64,000 nt of DNA, from NCBI RefSeq assembly GCF_009914755.1, contig NC_060937.1. One strand, 5' to 3'. Source of the stretch: the human T2T-CHM13v2.0 reference genome, Homo sapiens. The notes below the pieces were generated by a model that was given only the letters and a program-made list of their open reading frames with translations, was not told the DNA's origin and did no database searches. Below are positions 51,521-64,000 of this stretch, in pieces; the first letter of the stretch is position 1, and every line of letters begins with the position of its first letter. Both the position numbers and the translations under genes were made by a program.

Positions 51521-52439
51521 TGTGTGACTGCTAATATAATTAAATAGTATAGATTATAAAAAATAATGAAAAGTTCTGGTACTACCTGTGAGCCAGCTGT
51601 GTTTTGAAATTATCATTCATCCTCCTATATTTCATCTATAAAATGGCACTAAAATTGCCTTCTTCATCTGCTCTAGCTATCTTTAAAAATTTTGTCTCAA
51701 TTTTTACATCATGAACCTTTCATGAATGTGCCTTATAAACTATAAAATACTCCTTTAAACACGTTTTGATTATTGTGTAATCTGAGTAGTCAGGTGTTAC
51801 ATGAGTAGTTGAATAAGATACTTTGAGCTATGTTTGTGCTAATGGGAAAAGCTGGCTATGTGGCAATCATTCATTTTCCATTTATTTCTCACATTTATAC
51901 AACTGTTCCCCTTATTACAGCCACAGTTATTATTTTCCAACACCTTCATCTCTGAATGCCTGTCATCATTTCCTTTCCAATTCGTTTGAGTTAGGTCCTT
52001 GTTTTAAAAAGTTATCCCATTCATGATCCCATTGCTTGAGAGTACCTGCTGCTTTTCCTTGGTGACCAATAGCTCATCCATGGATTTCCTTTTGTTCAGT
52101 GAGCAAATGTTGAACCCCTACAGAAAGGCAGGCACTGTGCTAGATTCAGGGGATACATAGGAGGATAAAAGTTTTTCATGCATTTTTTTCACAGAATTGC
52201 TTTTACTACACTCCAATTACTTTCCTATTTCACTACTATAAGCTTTGTTCAAACTTCTATTATTTTTGCCATTTCCTCTTAATAGGAGCCCTATCTTAAA
52301 TAATGTCCCTGAGGGTCACCCCACATATCTAACTGAAGCACCTTTCTGTTTATTCCATTTTTATGTTCCAAAACATTCAAAGACTCCCTTCTGCCTATTG
52401 ATGCATAATGATCCAGTGGAAAGAAAACTATCTTTGAAT

Positions 52440-52625
52440 CAGATAAACCTGAGTCTAAATCTTGATGCCTGCTGAATGACTCTGTACAGTACCACATCTT
52501 TTCCAATCCTCAGATTCTTTGTTTGTATAAAACCAGTAATAATACAGATATTATACATTTAAAGAGCTTGAGACAATGTCTAGCACTTAGAGTAGCTGTC
52601 CAATAAATCACAGTTATTATTAAAA
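52440..52625 (+). mobile_element. MIR fragment
   Basis: 'cagataaacctgagtctaaatctt..cctcagattctttgtttgtataaaa..caataaatcacagttattatta'. Confidence 0.55.
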
Positions 52626-53054
52626 ACAAATACTCTGCAAGTCTTAGTTTATTCTTAAAATCTTGCTTAGCCAGGTTTGAACCTCCAAATAGTTCTTCCG
52701 CCCAGTCTCCAGTGTTAGAAAAGCATCATATGGAGTATTTTATACAACCATCAAAACTTCAGCAACACAGTAAATGAGCTACATCTTGGCTCAAGGGGTA
52801 CTTAAGATCTCAAGGATCTATACAAGAAGAGAGGTGGCAGCTACAGGCAGCAATACCAAACAATTTAAGAAATAAGATTTGTGAAATCATTATCTTCCTA
52901 TCTTGAGGTTTTTTTACGACTTTGCTCATGGTGGAAAATTCAATTCACATTTAAATTAAAATTTGATTTTGTGAAGTAGCAGAATACTTTAGTTTTACAT
53001 TTATGTTATCACATTAGCACATCATTTTGTAGTCTGAATCCAGTATTTTTTTCA

Positions 53055-54290
53055 GGTTAAAACTTTTATTTTGTTCATTAAATTTTAGATTCAGGGGTAC
53101 ATGTGCAGGTTTGTCAAATGGATGTAATGTGTAATGGTGATATTTGGGATTCCATCAAACCCATCACCCAAATAGCAAACACAGTACCCTTGGGCAGTTT
53201 TTCAGCCCTTGCTCCCAGTCTCCCCTTCCTTGGAGTCCCCAGTGTCTACTGTTTCCATCCTTATGTGTGTGTAATCATTGTTTAGCTTCCACTTATAAGT
53301 GAGAACATGTGGTATTTGATTTTCTGTTTCTGTGTTAATTCACTTAGGATAATGACCTGCAGCTGTATCAACGTTGCTGCAAAGGACATAATCTCATTTG
53401 TTTTCATGGCTGTGTAATATTTCCTTGTTTATATGTACCACATTTTCTTTATCCAATCCACATTGATGGGAATCCAGGTTGGTTTTGGTATTGTCAATCG
53501 TTAACAATACCAAAATACAAATGAGTACAGGTATCTTTTTGGTAGAACATTTTTTTTTCCTTTTGGTAGATACCCAGTAGTGGGATTGCTGGGTCGAATG
53601 GTAGTCTTATTTTTGTTGTTATTTGAGGAATCTCCAAGCTCCTTTCCATAGGGGCTGAACTAATTTACATTCCCACCAACAGTGTGTCAGTGTTCCCATT
53701 TCTCTGAGTCCTCACCAACATGTTATTTTATGACTTTTTAATAGTCATTCTGACTGGTGTGAGATGATATCTCATTGTGGCTTCAGTCTGCATTTCTCTG
53801 ACAGTTAGTGGTGTTAAGCATTTCTCTTTTCATGTTTGTTGGCCACATGTATGTCTTCTTCTGAGAAGTCTGTTCATGTCCTTCGTCCACATTTTAATAG
53901 GGTCATTTGTTTTTGTTGTTGTTGATTTGTTTAAGTTGCTTATAGATTATGGATATTAGTCTTCTGTTGGATGCATAGTTTACAAATATTTTCTTCCATT
54001 TTGTAGGCTGTTTACAATTTTGATAGTTTATTATGGCTGTGCAAAATTTCTATAGTTTAATTAGGTACCAATTGTCAATTTTTATTTTCGTTGATTTTGC
54101 TTTTGCTTTTGAGGTCTTAGTCATAAATTCTAGGCCAATGTCCAGAAGAGTATTTCTTAGGTTGTCTTCCAGGATTTTTATAGTTTGAGGTCTTATATTT
54201 AAGTCTTTAATTCATCTTGAGTCATTTTTTTGTGAGAGATAGGGGTCCAGTTTCAGTCTTCTGCTTATTGCTAGCCAGTTTTCCCAGCAT
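53055..54290 (-). mobile_element. 5'-truncated old L1PA13-16-like 3' end (~1.2 kb)
   Basis: 'ttagattcaggggtacatgtgcaggtttg..cccatcacccaaatag..cacttataagtgagaacatgtgg'. Confidence 0.88.
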
Positions 54291-56360
54291 GAATTTGGAT
54301 GTTTTAAGACTTAAAAAATAATTTTCTATTTTGTAAAGCAAATTGATTTGTGTGTAGATAGGCTCCATTACATCTATACTGACTTTGTTCTTTCTTAGTA
54401 AAACATATTTTAATTTCCTGGAACACTGTGTCTTTGTCGGAAAGTGGTGTGTGGCAGATGAACAGACAGAAAAGATAGGGAATGAGAAATGGGGACTGCG
54501 ACAACGGGAGCTGCAGGAAACATCACACAAATATAAATTCATCTCCCACTAGAGGAGAGATAGCTTTAAAGAATAGAAATTTCATTGTATATTCACCTTG
54601 TTTTAAGATGTATCCTTATATAAGTATCATTTAATCAGAATGGAAAGATTTACTTGCTTTGTGGTAATTGTGTTGCTGGGACTTTGAGTAGAAAATGGAG
54701 TCTATCCTGAGGAGTGAATATCTTCTCCATCCAACATGCTGTGAAGAGGCTGTTCCTAAGGGAGGCAATGCTTAAGGAAAAGGTGATAATTAGACCTAAA
54801 GACAGAAGATAGTTATCTCACTCTGGACCTTTTAAGAGTGCGTCCCATATTCTAAGGTAGAAACAGGGTAGCAGGCATTCCTGTTTGTAGCAGACACTCC
54901 TGTTTCTAATAAGAAAGAAAGCACTAATCATCAACCTTGTAAAACAGATGTGGACTCACTATCTGTGTTATCTTTTTTCATTATCTCCCAACATTCACTA
55001 CAACTATGTTAAATTATAATGTCGTCTGAACTATCACTGACCCAATTCTCCCAGCTTTTACATTTCCCTTCTCCCTAGCAAGTCCTCTCTCACTTTTAAT
55101 GTAATGTGAATTTCCTTTATTATTTAAGATGATTCAATTCTGCTATAGGAAATAGGAAAAAGAGACAAATGAGATAAATTAGATGTGGAAACAAGTAGCT
55201 TGTGAGGCATAGACAGAATTCATGAAAATATTAAGTAAATCAGTAAACTATATTGTGGGTTAGGAATAGATAACATAAGTAAAACAGGTATGCACCAAAC
55301 ATAAAGACAGAAAGATCAAGTGGCACTTAATATTCATAACACACTGCATATACCTGCGGCATATAATACTCCTGATACATAACAAATTCATGAGGCTTAT
55401 GAAGGCACACAATATTTATGAGTTCTTAAATTGACCAACCATTTGTGAAACCCTTCTGACCCTACCTGTGGTTTCCCAAGAGACATAAATAAAATCTACA
55501 GCTGCTCTTCAGGGTAAATGGTGAACTACAGCTTGGCCAGGTGTACTTCTAACTGTGTCTCTCTGATAGAACACATCTAGGGACTCAGTATGTCTTTTCT
55601 GTCTTCCTTGTAATCTATCCTAAGTGGGTTATTTTACCTTTATTTTTTCCCTTGACCCTCCACTGTGTGTTTTTAATTGAGTTACTAGTCTATGTTATTT
55701 GAAAATCTCTACTTGGTCAGTGTGTCTTTCTGTTCCTTGAACTCTGGGATGTATTTTCTGGGGGTATCATCAGAGGATGACAATGCAGTGAGGTAAATCT
55801 TCACACAAAAGCCACCATTCTCCTTATAATACTGCACACAACATTGGGCTCCCTAGAAATAGCAACTGAAATTTACAATGATATCTGTGAGTGCCTGTAT
55901 TTATCCACAGAGTGAGAAAAATACAAAGAGCTTGCCAGAGACTTCCATCTGTCTGTACCCAGAGCCTGCCACATCCTTGCTCCGGTTGGATGGTGCTCAT
56001 TGAGCATTCTTCTTTGGCTGGCACGTTGTCACCTTCCATACACCTGTGTGGACCCAAATATAACAAAATCTCCAATATGCCACATGCAATTATTCGGCTT
56101 AGCTTTACCACTCAGTTTTACTTTGTCCTTAATCTTGTTTTTTTTCCCTCTTTGCAACATATAACTGCCTAAACGTTCTTCAATATAAATTGCTTTGTGA
56201 ATACTTTTCTGTACTTCATCATCTGTCATGATCTTGCCTAGTGAAGCTAGGCTTCAGCAAGTAACTGCTGAAGTGTTACCGTCACTGTGAACAAGACAAA
56301 AAAAAAAAAAAAAACAGCTGCGGAATCATGCAGATGCCAAACTTACACAAACAAGCTTTT

Positions 56361-56647
56361 AATTTTTGTTTGTTTATTTATTTATTTTTGAGATGACGTC
56401 CACTCTGTTGCCCAAGCTGGAATGTAATGGCACGACCTTGGCTCACTGCAACCTCTGCCCCCAGAGTTCAAGTGATTCTCCTGCCTCATCCTCCTGAGTA
56501 GCTGGGATTATAGGCATATGCCACAACGCCCAACTAATTTTTGTATTTTTAGTAGAGATGGGGTTTCACCATGTTGGTCAGGCTGGTCTCAATCTCTTGA
56601 CCTCTTGATCTGCCCACCTTGGCCTCTCAAAGTGCTGGGATTACAGG
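56361..56647 (-). mobile_element. AluS (Sc-like), lacking the first ~20 nt
   Basis: Ends at gctgggattacagg; TSD acaagctttt at 56351-56360 and 56648-56657. Confidence 0.92.
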
Positions 56648-56990
56648 ACAAGCTTTTCTTTTATCAATTTACTTTGTTTACTCAGATGTATCTCATTTGC
56701 CCCTACAGCAACTTGAACACTTCCAAGTGCTTTAGTGCTACTAAGTGACATTTGAAGCAATTGGTGGCAAAATTTCACAGCCATCTCTTAGACTAATAAT
56801 TTTCTTTTTCCATTTACTTATAATTTTCAATATGATTCTTTTTTCCTCCTCCATCCTTGCCTCTCATCACTTCTAATCACTTCTAAATTTTTTCTTCCTT
56901 TTTTATTTAAAACCCCTACTTTTTTCTTACGTATCTGCCCACTCTTTTTTGCCTTTCAAAATATTGATTTATTTCTTTTCAAATGTGGGT

Positions 56991-57494
56991 TGTGATGGTT
57001 AATACTGTCAACTTGATTGGATTGAAGGATGCAAAGTATTGATCCTGGGTATATCTGTGAGGGTGTTTCCAAAGGAGATTAACATTTGAGTCAGTGGGCT
57101 GGGAAAGGCAGACTCACCCTTAATCTGGGTGGGCACCATCTAATCAGTTGCCAGCATGGCCAGTATATAAAACAGGCAGAAAAACATGAAAAGGTGAGAC
57201 TGGCCTAGCCTCCTAGCCTACATCTTTCTCCAGCACTGGATGCTTCCTGCCCTCCAACACAGGACTCCAGGTTGTTCAGCTTTGGGACTCAGACTGGCTT
57301 TCTGGCTCCTCAGCTTGTAGACAGCCTATTGTAGGACCTTGTGATCACATGAGTTAATAACACCTAATAAACTCCATATATATATATACACACACATATG
57401 TAATATAGGATATATATATATATATATATACGTAATATAGGATATACATATATATATATCCTATTTTTCTGTCACTCTAGAGAACCCTAATACA
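56991..57494 (+). mobile_element. MLT2A (HERV-L) solo LTR
   Basis: tgtgatggttaatactgtcaacttgattggattgaagg ... internal (TA)n ... ctagagaaccctaataca; TSD tgggt/tgagt. Confidence 0.93.
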
Positions 57495-58829
57495 TGAGTG
57501 CTTCTAGTACCAAGTGAGTCCTTTTTATAGAATTCCTTATGTTAACCCTAAAAATGACAAAGAACTACTCACACAAAAAAGGTGAAAATATATAGCATTT
57601 TAAAACAGCACTTATACACACCTTAGAGAAACTTTTTTGACAAAGTGGAAAAGCCTTGCTTTGGTGCTTTATCTGTGAGCTTACACTTAGAGTTGAAGAG
57701 TGACACCTCCTTAGCGATTGTGCATTTGGATAGGTAGAATTGGCTACCAATGGCCAGGGAGAAACTTTAGTATTATGAGCATTGTTTTGAATTCTAAACA
57801 CCTCATTGATAGACCCCCATATAGATAAGAACAATAATTGGCAAATTTATTATTTTAATAACATCCCTTCTCTCTGTAGTGGGGGGTAAAACTCAACATC
57901 CTTAGTACTCCACATGTTAAAAATTACTAGTCCTAATGATTGTAATTTACTCCTAAATGCAAAGTAATTGATTGCTGTGTTTCAGCATGTGTCTTTCCAA
58001 ATAAGTTTATTTTGCAGTGATGATGACCAGCTGCTAGCTGTATTTTAAGTCTAGTCTTTAGCCAATTTTTTAATCAGGGTCTATTGGAAATGTGGAAATG
58101 AGGCCAAGTTTCTCTGTGATGTCTTCGATTCTTCATCCTTTCTCTTCCTGTAAGGGGCTTCAATATCACAACCATCACCCTTCTGCAACTCGTTCTTATC
58201 TCTACCTTTAGGAAAGGGTCAGATAGGAATTGTTGATTAGTTGGTCATTTAAGCCTATATGCTACCTTTTGCACATTTGCATATGAAGCATTTTCAAGAA
58301 GTAATTGTTTCAGCATACATTATTTGGCCAACTATTAGGCAGGCAGTACTGTTTCTTATGATTTTATAATAATAGATGATTTTATAATAATATCACATAA
58401 ATCCTGCCTTCAAGAGGTTAAAAAATCCAATCAGGCTGAAGAACATAGCAAGGCCCACATCTTTAAAAAAATATATGATTTCTCTGATAAAGGAATTTCA
58501 GACATCAATTACCAGCTAACTTGGGAGTGAGAACAATGTTCGTTCTCTCTGCAAACTACTTGGCATGAATAGTTGCTTCTTCTAGAGTGAATGAGAGTAT
58601 CGTTCAGAGAATATAACATAATGGAAGATAAGGGGTTTTTGGAACAATATGTCAGAACTTGATCTTAGTTTGCTACTTACTAGCTGCATGACTTGAAAAA
58701 ATATTTAATTACTCCAAATATCAAATTTTTAATCTAGAAAATGAAGATAAAAATTACATCTCAAAAAATTTTTAGATGATAATAAATTCATTAATTAATA
58801 TAAAACAATATGAGTTTAAAAATAAGAGG

Positions 58830-59085
58830 AAGAAATGAAATGGGGTCAATTAATATAAAAATATTACAAATATACAGTTTGATAGAAGAAATAAAATCCA
58901 GAGCTTAATAGATCAGTAGGATGGCTATAGTTTATAAAAATCTATAGCATATTTCAAAATAGTTAGAAGAGAACAATTCTGATGTTTCTAGCATAAAGAA
59001 AATATAAACATTTAAGGTGATGAATATCCCAATTACACTGATTTGATCTTTGCAGATTGTATGATTGATGTATTAAATTAAATTC
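58830..59085 (+). mobile_element. L1MA-like 3'UTR fragment
   Basis: 'atatttcaaaatagttagaagagaacaatt..aaggtgatgaatatcccaattacactgatttgatc'. Confidence 0.75.
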
Positions 59086-59163
59086 CATGGACTCCTGGGA
59101 ATCCATGGAATTGAGCATTAGGGAAAAAGAGTTGGACTGACTGTTTTGGATTTATCTATATGG

Positions 59164-59211
59164 TGTGTGTGTGTGTGTGTGTGTGTTTGTGTGTGTGTGT
59201 GCGTGTGTGTT
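59164..59211. repeat. Interrupted (TG)n microsatellite
   Basis: Read directly from the sequence. Confidence 0.92.
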
Positions 59212-59256
59212 TTGGTGGTGGTAAACATTAATTCTTATTAATTAAAAAAATACAAA

Positions 59257-59278
59257 CTTAAAGTATAATAAAAAAAGG
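59257..59278 (+). mobile_element. Ultra-short L1PA 3'-terminal insertion
   Basis: (aaa)cttaaagtataataaaaaaa matches the L1PA terminus at 13756-13772; TSD aaaaaatacaaa at 59245-59256 and 59279-59290. Confidence 0.7.
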
Positions 59279-60092
59279 AAAAAATACAAAATGGTAAAAT
59301 ATTAACTACCTTGGATAGCACATACAGCTCCATTTGGAGTAATTATCCCCATTATTGATTAAAAATTCTACACAATACAATTAGAATAAAATGCTTATGT
59401 ACTGGGCCTTTGCTTCCTAAAATTCACCAACTATTCTAACTTGTATTTCATATTTTAGTTTTAAAATACATTTTACCTCTGCTCCCTGTAACTTATGAAA
59501 TAACCAAAAATAACACCAAATTCAATATGCATTTTTTTTATTATTTAAAACTAAAGAGGTTTTGACATCTATAATTTTAAAAAGGGTGGGCTTAGAGACT
59601 TACGCAAATAAAGACAAATTAAAGCAATGGCAAATTTTGTCAAAACAATAAAAAGAAGGTCGTTAAGGCAAAACTCATAGTTCTTGTGACAGAATATATA
59701 TTACTTTTACAATAATTTAATTGAAAATTTTGACAAGGACTAAATAATGGTGCCATATGTCTTTAAGTCTATGATCTAGTGCTTTTAATTTTGAAGTACT
59801 AGTGAGCCCCATTTTGTCTATATGTAAAACCTGTGAATATTTCTTTTTTATTTCTGCTTATATTTATAAAGTGCATCCTAAGAGATTCAAAGGTTAATGT
59901 TTTACTCAATATGAAAATGTGGAATGTATTTTTGCTGATACTTGATGCACAAACATGAAGAATTCTGCCAATAATATAGATTACACTACAGCAGATTGCA
60001 CCATTATTTATAGGACAACTGTCTGAGAAGCAAAATAAACTCTTAAAGTTGTCACCAGCATAATTTGAGATATGCTAAAGTGCACAATTCTG

Positions 60093-60138
<46 letters not shown>
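60093..60138. repeat. (GATA)n tetranucleotide STR, about 11 units
   Basis: Read directly from the sequence. Confidence 0.95.
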
Positions 60139-61149
60139 TAGACGGATTGACAATTATATTTACAGCAAGCACCTTAAGTGAAAATGACCACACAGATTAT
60201 TGAATTTGCAAGCATCTGTTAGCCTTTGTTGGGGATACAAGATCAATGAGTTATACTGGCTGGCCTTTATTATGCATGTTTTCTAATATACATTGATGAC
60301 GAAGTGAAAAAGGATATCTTCATGGTATTTGTCACTGATTAAAATCTCTTAAGCAATTTTCTAGCTTTAAATAATATCTTAACATGTGTGTGTGCACACA
60401 CGTATGTATGTGTACAATGACTGACCAGCCTCTTATATCTGAGATTTTAATTTGTATTTTCTCATAAAGCATTTCACTAAACATATATATTTAATAGTCA
60501 TGTATATCAAATATAATACAAATTCAGTTGTGAAAGGTATGTTTATTGCCTATGATCTAAAGCTTTTTTTAGTAGCAATAGGTAAAATAAAAGCAAAAAA
60601 GAAAATCCAAGGAATGGGAAGTGGGGAGGTGCTACGGTGAAGAACTGTGAATACTCGCAGCATAGTTTCTCCATGGCTATTGCTGGAGGCACTATCTCTC
60701 TTGCTGAGAAATCAATGAATCTTCCAAAAACTAAAAGCATGCCCTCCTCCCACTCTTTCAGGATATGCTTATCTGGTCGGTATACAATTTCAGAACGAGA
60801 GCCCCATGATCAACGCAAAAACAAATTTGCAGCAAATTTGTGTTGCCGCAAGAAACATGCGGCAACACAAATTTCTTATAAAAACCAGTGGTGACATTAT
60901 CACGAACTCCAAATGCATAGCTCTGGACCCATTTGGTGAGCTACTGGAAAAGAATAACTGCTCCAAGTAGTTAGTGTCACAAGATGCCCTTGCAAGAGTT
61001 TTAATTTTGGTAAAGAAGAGCAATCAGTTTCTTTTCAATTCACTTAAATCTGGATACTATTTGAAAAACTAAAGCAATGCTGCTATATAATTCTCCAAGT
61101 TACATGCTCCTTTTAGTGCTATATGAATTTCCAAGTTATATCTTCATGG

Positions 61150-61650
61150 TGCTTGATTTAAGCAATCCCTATTATTGGACTGCTAAATTGTTTTTCTTTG
61201 TGTTTATTAATTTTTGCTTATGTGGTAGAGATTTATTAAACATATTTGTATAAACTTTCAGTACAAATATATATTTACCTGTGAGAATTCTAGGATTAAA
61301 GAGTATGAACTCTTAAAATATGTATATGTTCATTTTTTTCTTTCTTTCCTACAGGATGGACCGATTTTCATTTAACCATCAGTAGATAAGAGTGCCTATC
61401 TCAATGTCTCAAGAATTTATCTAATAAATCTTAGCCAACTTGATATGTACAAAAGGGTATCTCAGTATTGTTTGATTTTAATTACTTCACTTAATAACCA
61501 GATAGTGCATTTTCCATATATTGAATTTTTATAGTGATCTTTTAAATTAATATATCCAGTTTTCTATTTTCCTTTTACTATTTATGATGTCTTTAGATGT
61601 GTTACTTTAAGTGTAGAAATTTAATCTATTTACCTTAATTTAAGAGAAAT
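61150..61650 (-). mobile_element. Ancient L1ME-like fragment
   Basis: 'ccatcagtagataagagtgccta..ttagccaacttgat..ggtatctcagtattgtttg'. Confidence 0.45.
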
Positions 61651-63089
61651 TGGACATCTTATTTTATCAATTAAGTTTAGAGATCTAATTTTAAAATGGA
61701 CAATAGCAAAAAATCAGGAGAGTGCTCTCATAGGTTTGTGCTTAATGGTGGTAATGTAATGGGACAGCCCAACCAATCCTGTGTGCAAGGATGCCCATAC
61801 TTTGTTCATCTGTCCAATTAATCACTGATGCTTTCATCAGCTTAAAAAAAAAAAGGAAGGAAAAAGCCCAAGCTTTCCCCATGAGGCTATCTCCCCCTTT
61901 TCTTTAGTTGTGTACATACCACAGGCACTTACTCACTTACACTTATTCGAAGGACTTCAGTCATGTTTCTGGTAGTAAAGTGGAGCAAGTGAACTAGACT
62001 GTCCCATCAGCCCACTGGCATTTTTTAATCAATTATTGCCACAGTGAGTAATATAAAACATCAGCCCTACATAATATAATGATAGTGGCTGTGCTCAGGT
62101 AATACGCAGATGATTTCCAATTGCGGCTAAGCTCCAAGATTTGTCTAATTTACCTCACACTTACCTGACGGGTCCCAAAGCACTACCACATGCCAGGGAG
62201 ATGGGTCTGCAAAAGGCTGCAAATCTGGTTGTAAGCCTGGTCAGGACAATCCCTCCTGATGGTCTTTGTGTTAGATCCAGATCCCAAAGGTAGGGGTTCT
62301 CTCCTATCATGGTGAATTAATTCCTCTTTGTAGTCTTTTAAGCTAGGAAACTTTGTTTATGAAGATAGCAATTCACTCCCACAGTTTTACTTAACTTTCA
62401 AACTTGGGAGGAAAGGCATTGGATATCTGGGACCCTTCCTTCCCAGAATGCACATGGCTCCTTACACTCCCCCAAATTCTTTTCAGGGGCTAGAGAAACT
62501 TTCCATAAGCCAAACTAACATTTCTACTATATAATTTCTCCAACACAAGAAGTTTCTGCTTGTCTTAAATTTTTATAACCAAGAAACACAACTGAAGTAA
62601 CACTTTCAAGAACATAAAAAATTTCTTTCTTGTTGATTTTTGGCAGCTTATTAAAAGAAAAACAGCAACAAGATTTACCTTATTGATTATTCTGATTAGA
62701 ATGTCTTAAATAAATTTGAAAGACAATTTTAAGATTATTTTACAATGTATTATATGTTTTGACAACATTGTTGTGTTATTTATTAGATGGAAAATACTAT
62801 AAGAAACATAATTGTATATTCAGAACACCTTATCTACTTCCTTCTTTCATTCAGTTACGGTAATTCTTCTGATCATCATTTGAGATGGTTCTATTTATTC
62901 TGTTCTTACAGAGCCAGTTCATTGCCAGAGTGTGAATGCAAACTCCTTTCCTCTCTCTTGTAATGGCTTGACCTGAGGAGTTTCAGGTGGCTGAAATCTG
63001 GTCTGATTTAAGCTGGGTCATTATTCTTCTGTTCTTGAGCCACAATGTTACTAAACCAGCAAAAAAGTACAAAATAACCAAATGGTGAT

Positions 63090-63230
63090 TTCTTCATTCA
63101 TTCAAGGAAAGTTTATCAAAAATTTACTGAGTACCAGGAGCTGTGCAAGATTCTTAACTGGCAGTGATGAAAAATGCAGGTAAAATGCTGTATCCTCCAA
63201 AAACTGACAGTACTTAAGGAGTAACAGCTA
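63090..63230 (-). mobile_element. L2 3' end
   Basis: 'ttcattcattcaa..atttactgagtacc..gctgtgcaagattc'. Confidence 0.55.
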
Positions 63231-63539
63231 AATGAAAAGAGGAAGAAAACTGCAAAAGAAACTCTAATTGTGGTTTGGTCTCTAATGTGTATGTGGTTTT
63301 AAGCATGTTTTTTACCTCTCTGGGTTTCAGTTTCTATATGTAAAAATTGTGGAATACATTTTCAAATTTTAAAATTCTATGAATTTTTTACAGGGTAGCT
63401 GACAATTTTTACATTTTGGTGAATGAAATTTTCAAATGACAATTATATTTAAGATAAAAAAAATTTGAAAGCCTTGGTTTGTGTCTTTTAATTACTGTTA
63501 CTGCTTCACTTATTCACAACCATGTAAATTCTCATTGAG

Positions 63540-64000
63540 TTTTTAATATTGTGGTAAAAATATATGACACCAAATTTGTCATTTCAACTATATCTAAGTG
63601 TACAATTTAGTATAATTATATTCACAATGTTGTGCAAACATCACCCCTATCTATTTCCAAAACGTTTTCATCACTCCAAATAGAAACTCTGAGGTCATTA
63701 AGCAATAACTCTCCATTATTTCCTCCCCTGATCCTTGGTAACCTCTAATCTAACTTCTATCTCTATACATTTGCTTATTCTTAATATCTCATATAAATGA
63801 AATCATGCAGTATTCTTTCTTTTGCATCTGATTAAATCACTAGGCATGTTTTTAAGTTTCATCCATGTTGAAATATGTATTAGAAATTCATTTCATTATA
63901 TGGCTGAATAATATTTCACTGTATGTATATGTATACACACGCATGCGCACACCTACACTTTTTTTAATCCATTTAACTGTTGATGGGCACCTTCAATATT
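63540..64000 (-). mobile_element. L1MB-like 3' end, continuing past the window
   Basis: 'ttgtggtaaaaatata..aagtgtacaatt..ttcacaatgttgtgcaaacatcacc..tttccaaaacgttttcatcactccaaatagaaactc'. Confidence 0.8.

Noticed and set aside
60637-60894. 85-aa ORF overlapping the hairpin
   Set aside because: Non-ATG start and no recognisable homology.

Overview
Primate (most likely human or great-ape) AT-rich, transposon-saturated intergenic or deep-intronic DNA. I found no host protein-coding gene, RNA gene or prokaryote-type system. Every long ORF in the track is a LINE-1 ORF1/ORF2 remnant, a MaLR internal remnant or an antisense by-product of these. Main contents: one full-length but dead L1PA3-type element (7732-13793, 13-bp TSD); four older L1PA13-16-like copies; two 5'-truncated young L1PA copies; a complete LTR-int-LTR THE1B; solo MSTA, THE1B, MLT1 and MLT2A LTRs; six Alus; DNA transposon fossils (Tigger2a, MER2, MER58, MER1B, MER5A); a CR1/L3 relic; and microsatellites. 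The most notable signals are mechanistic. (1) The three young L1s share a mosaic of apparently non-consensus variants, suggesting local gene conversion. (2) One L1 carries a 28-bp twin-priming inversion. (3) There is a ~20-bp L1 insertion with its own TSD. (4) There are two templated inverted-insertion scars. (5) There are four template-switch-like perfect hairpins. (6) Several LTRs retain DUX4-type motifs. Subfamily calls come from remembered consensus sequences, not a database run. I cannot support a claim of a wholly new biological system.
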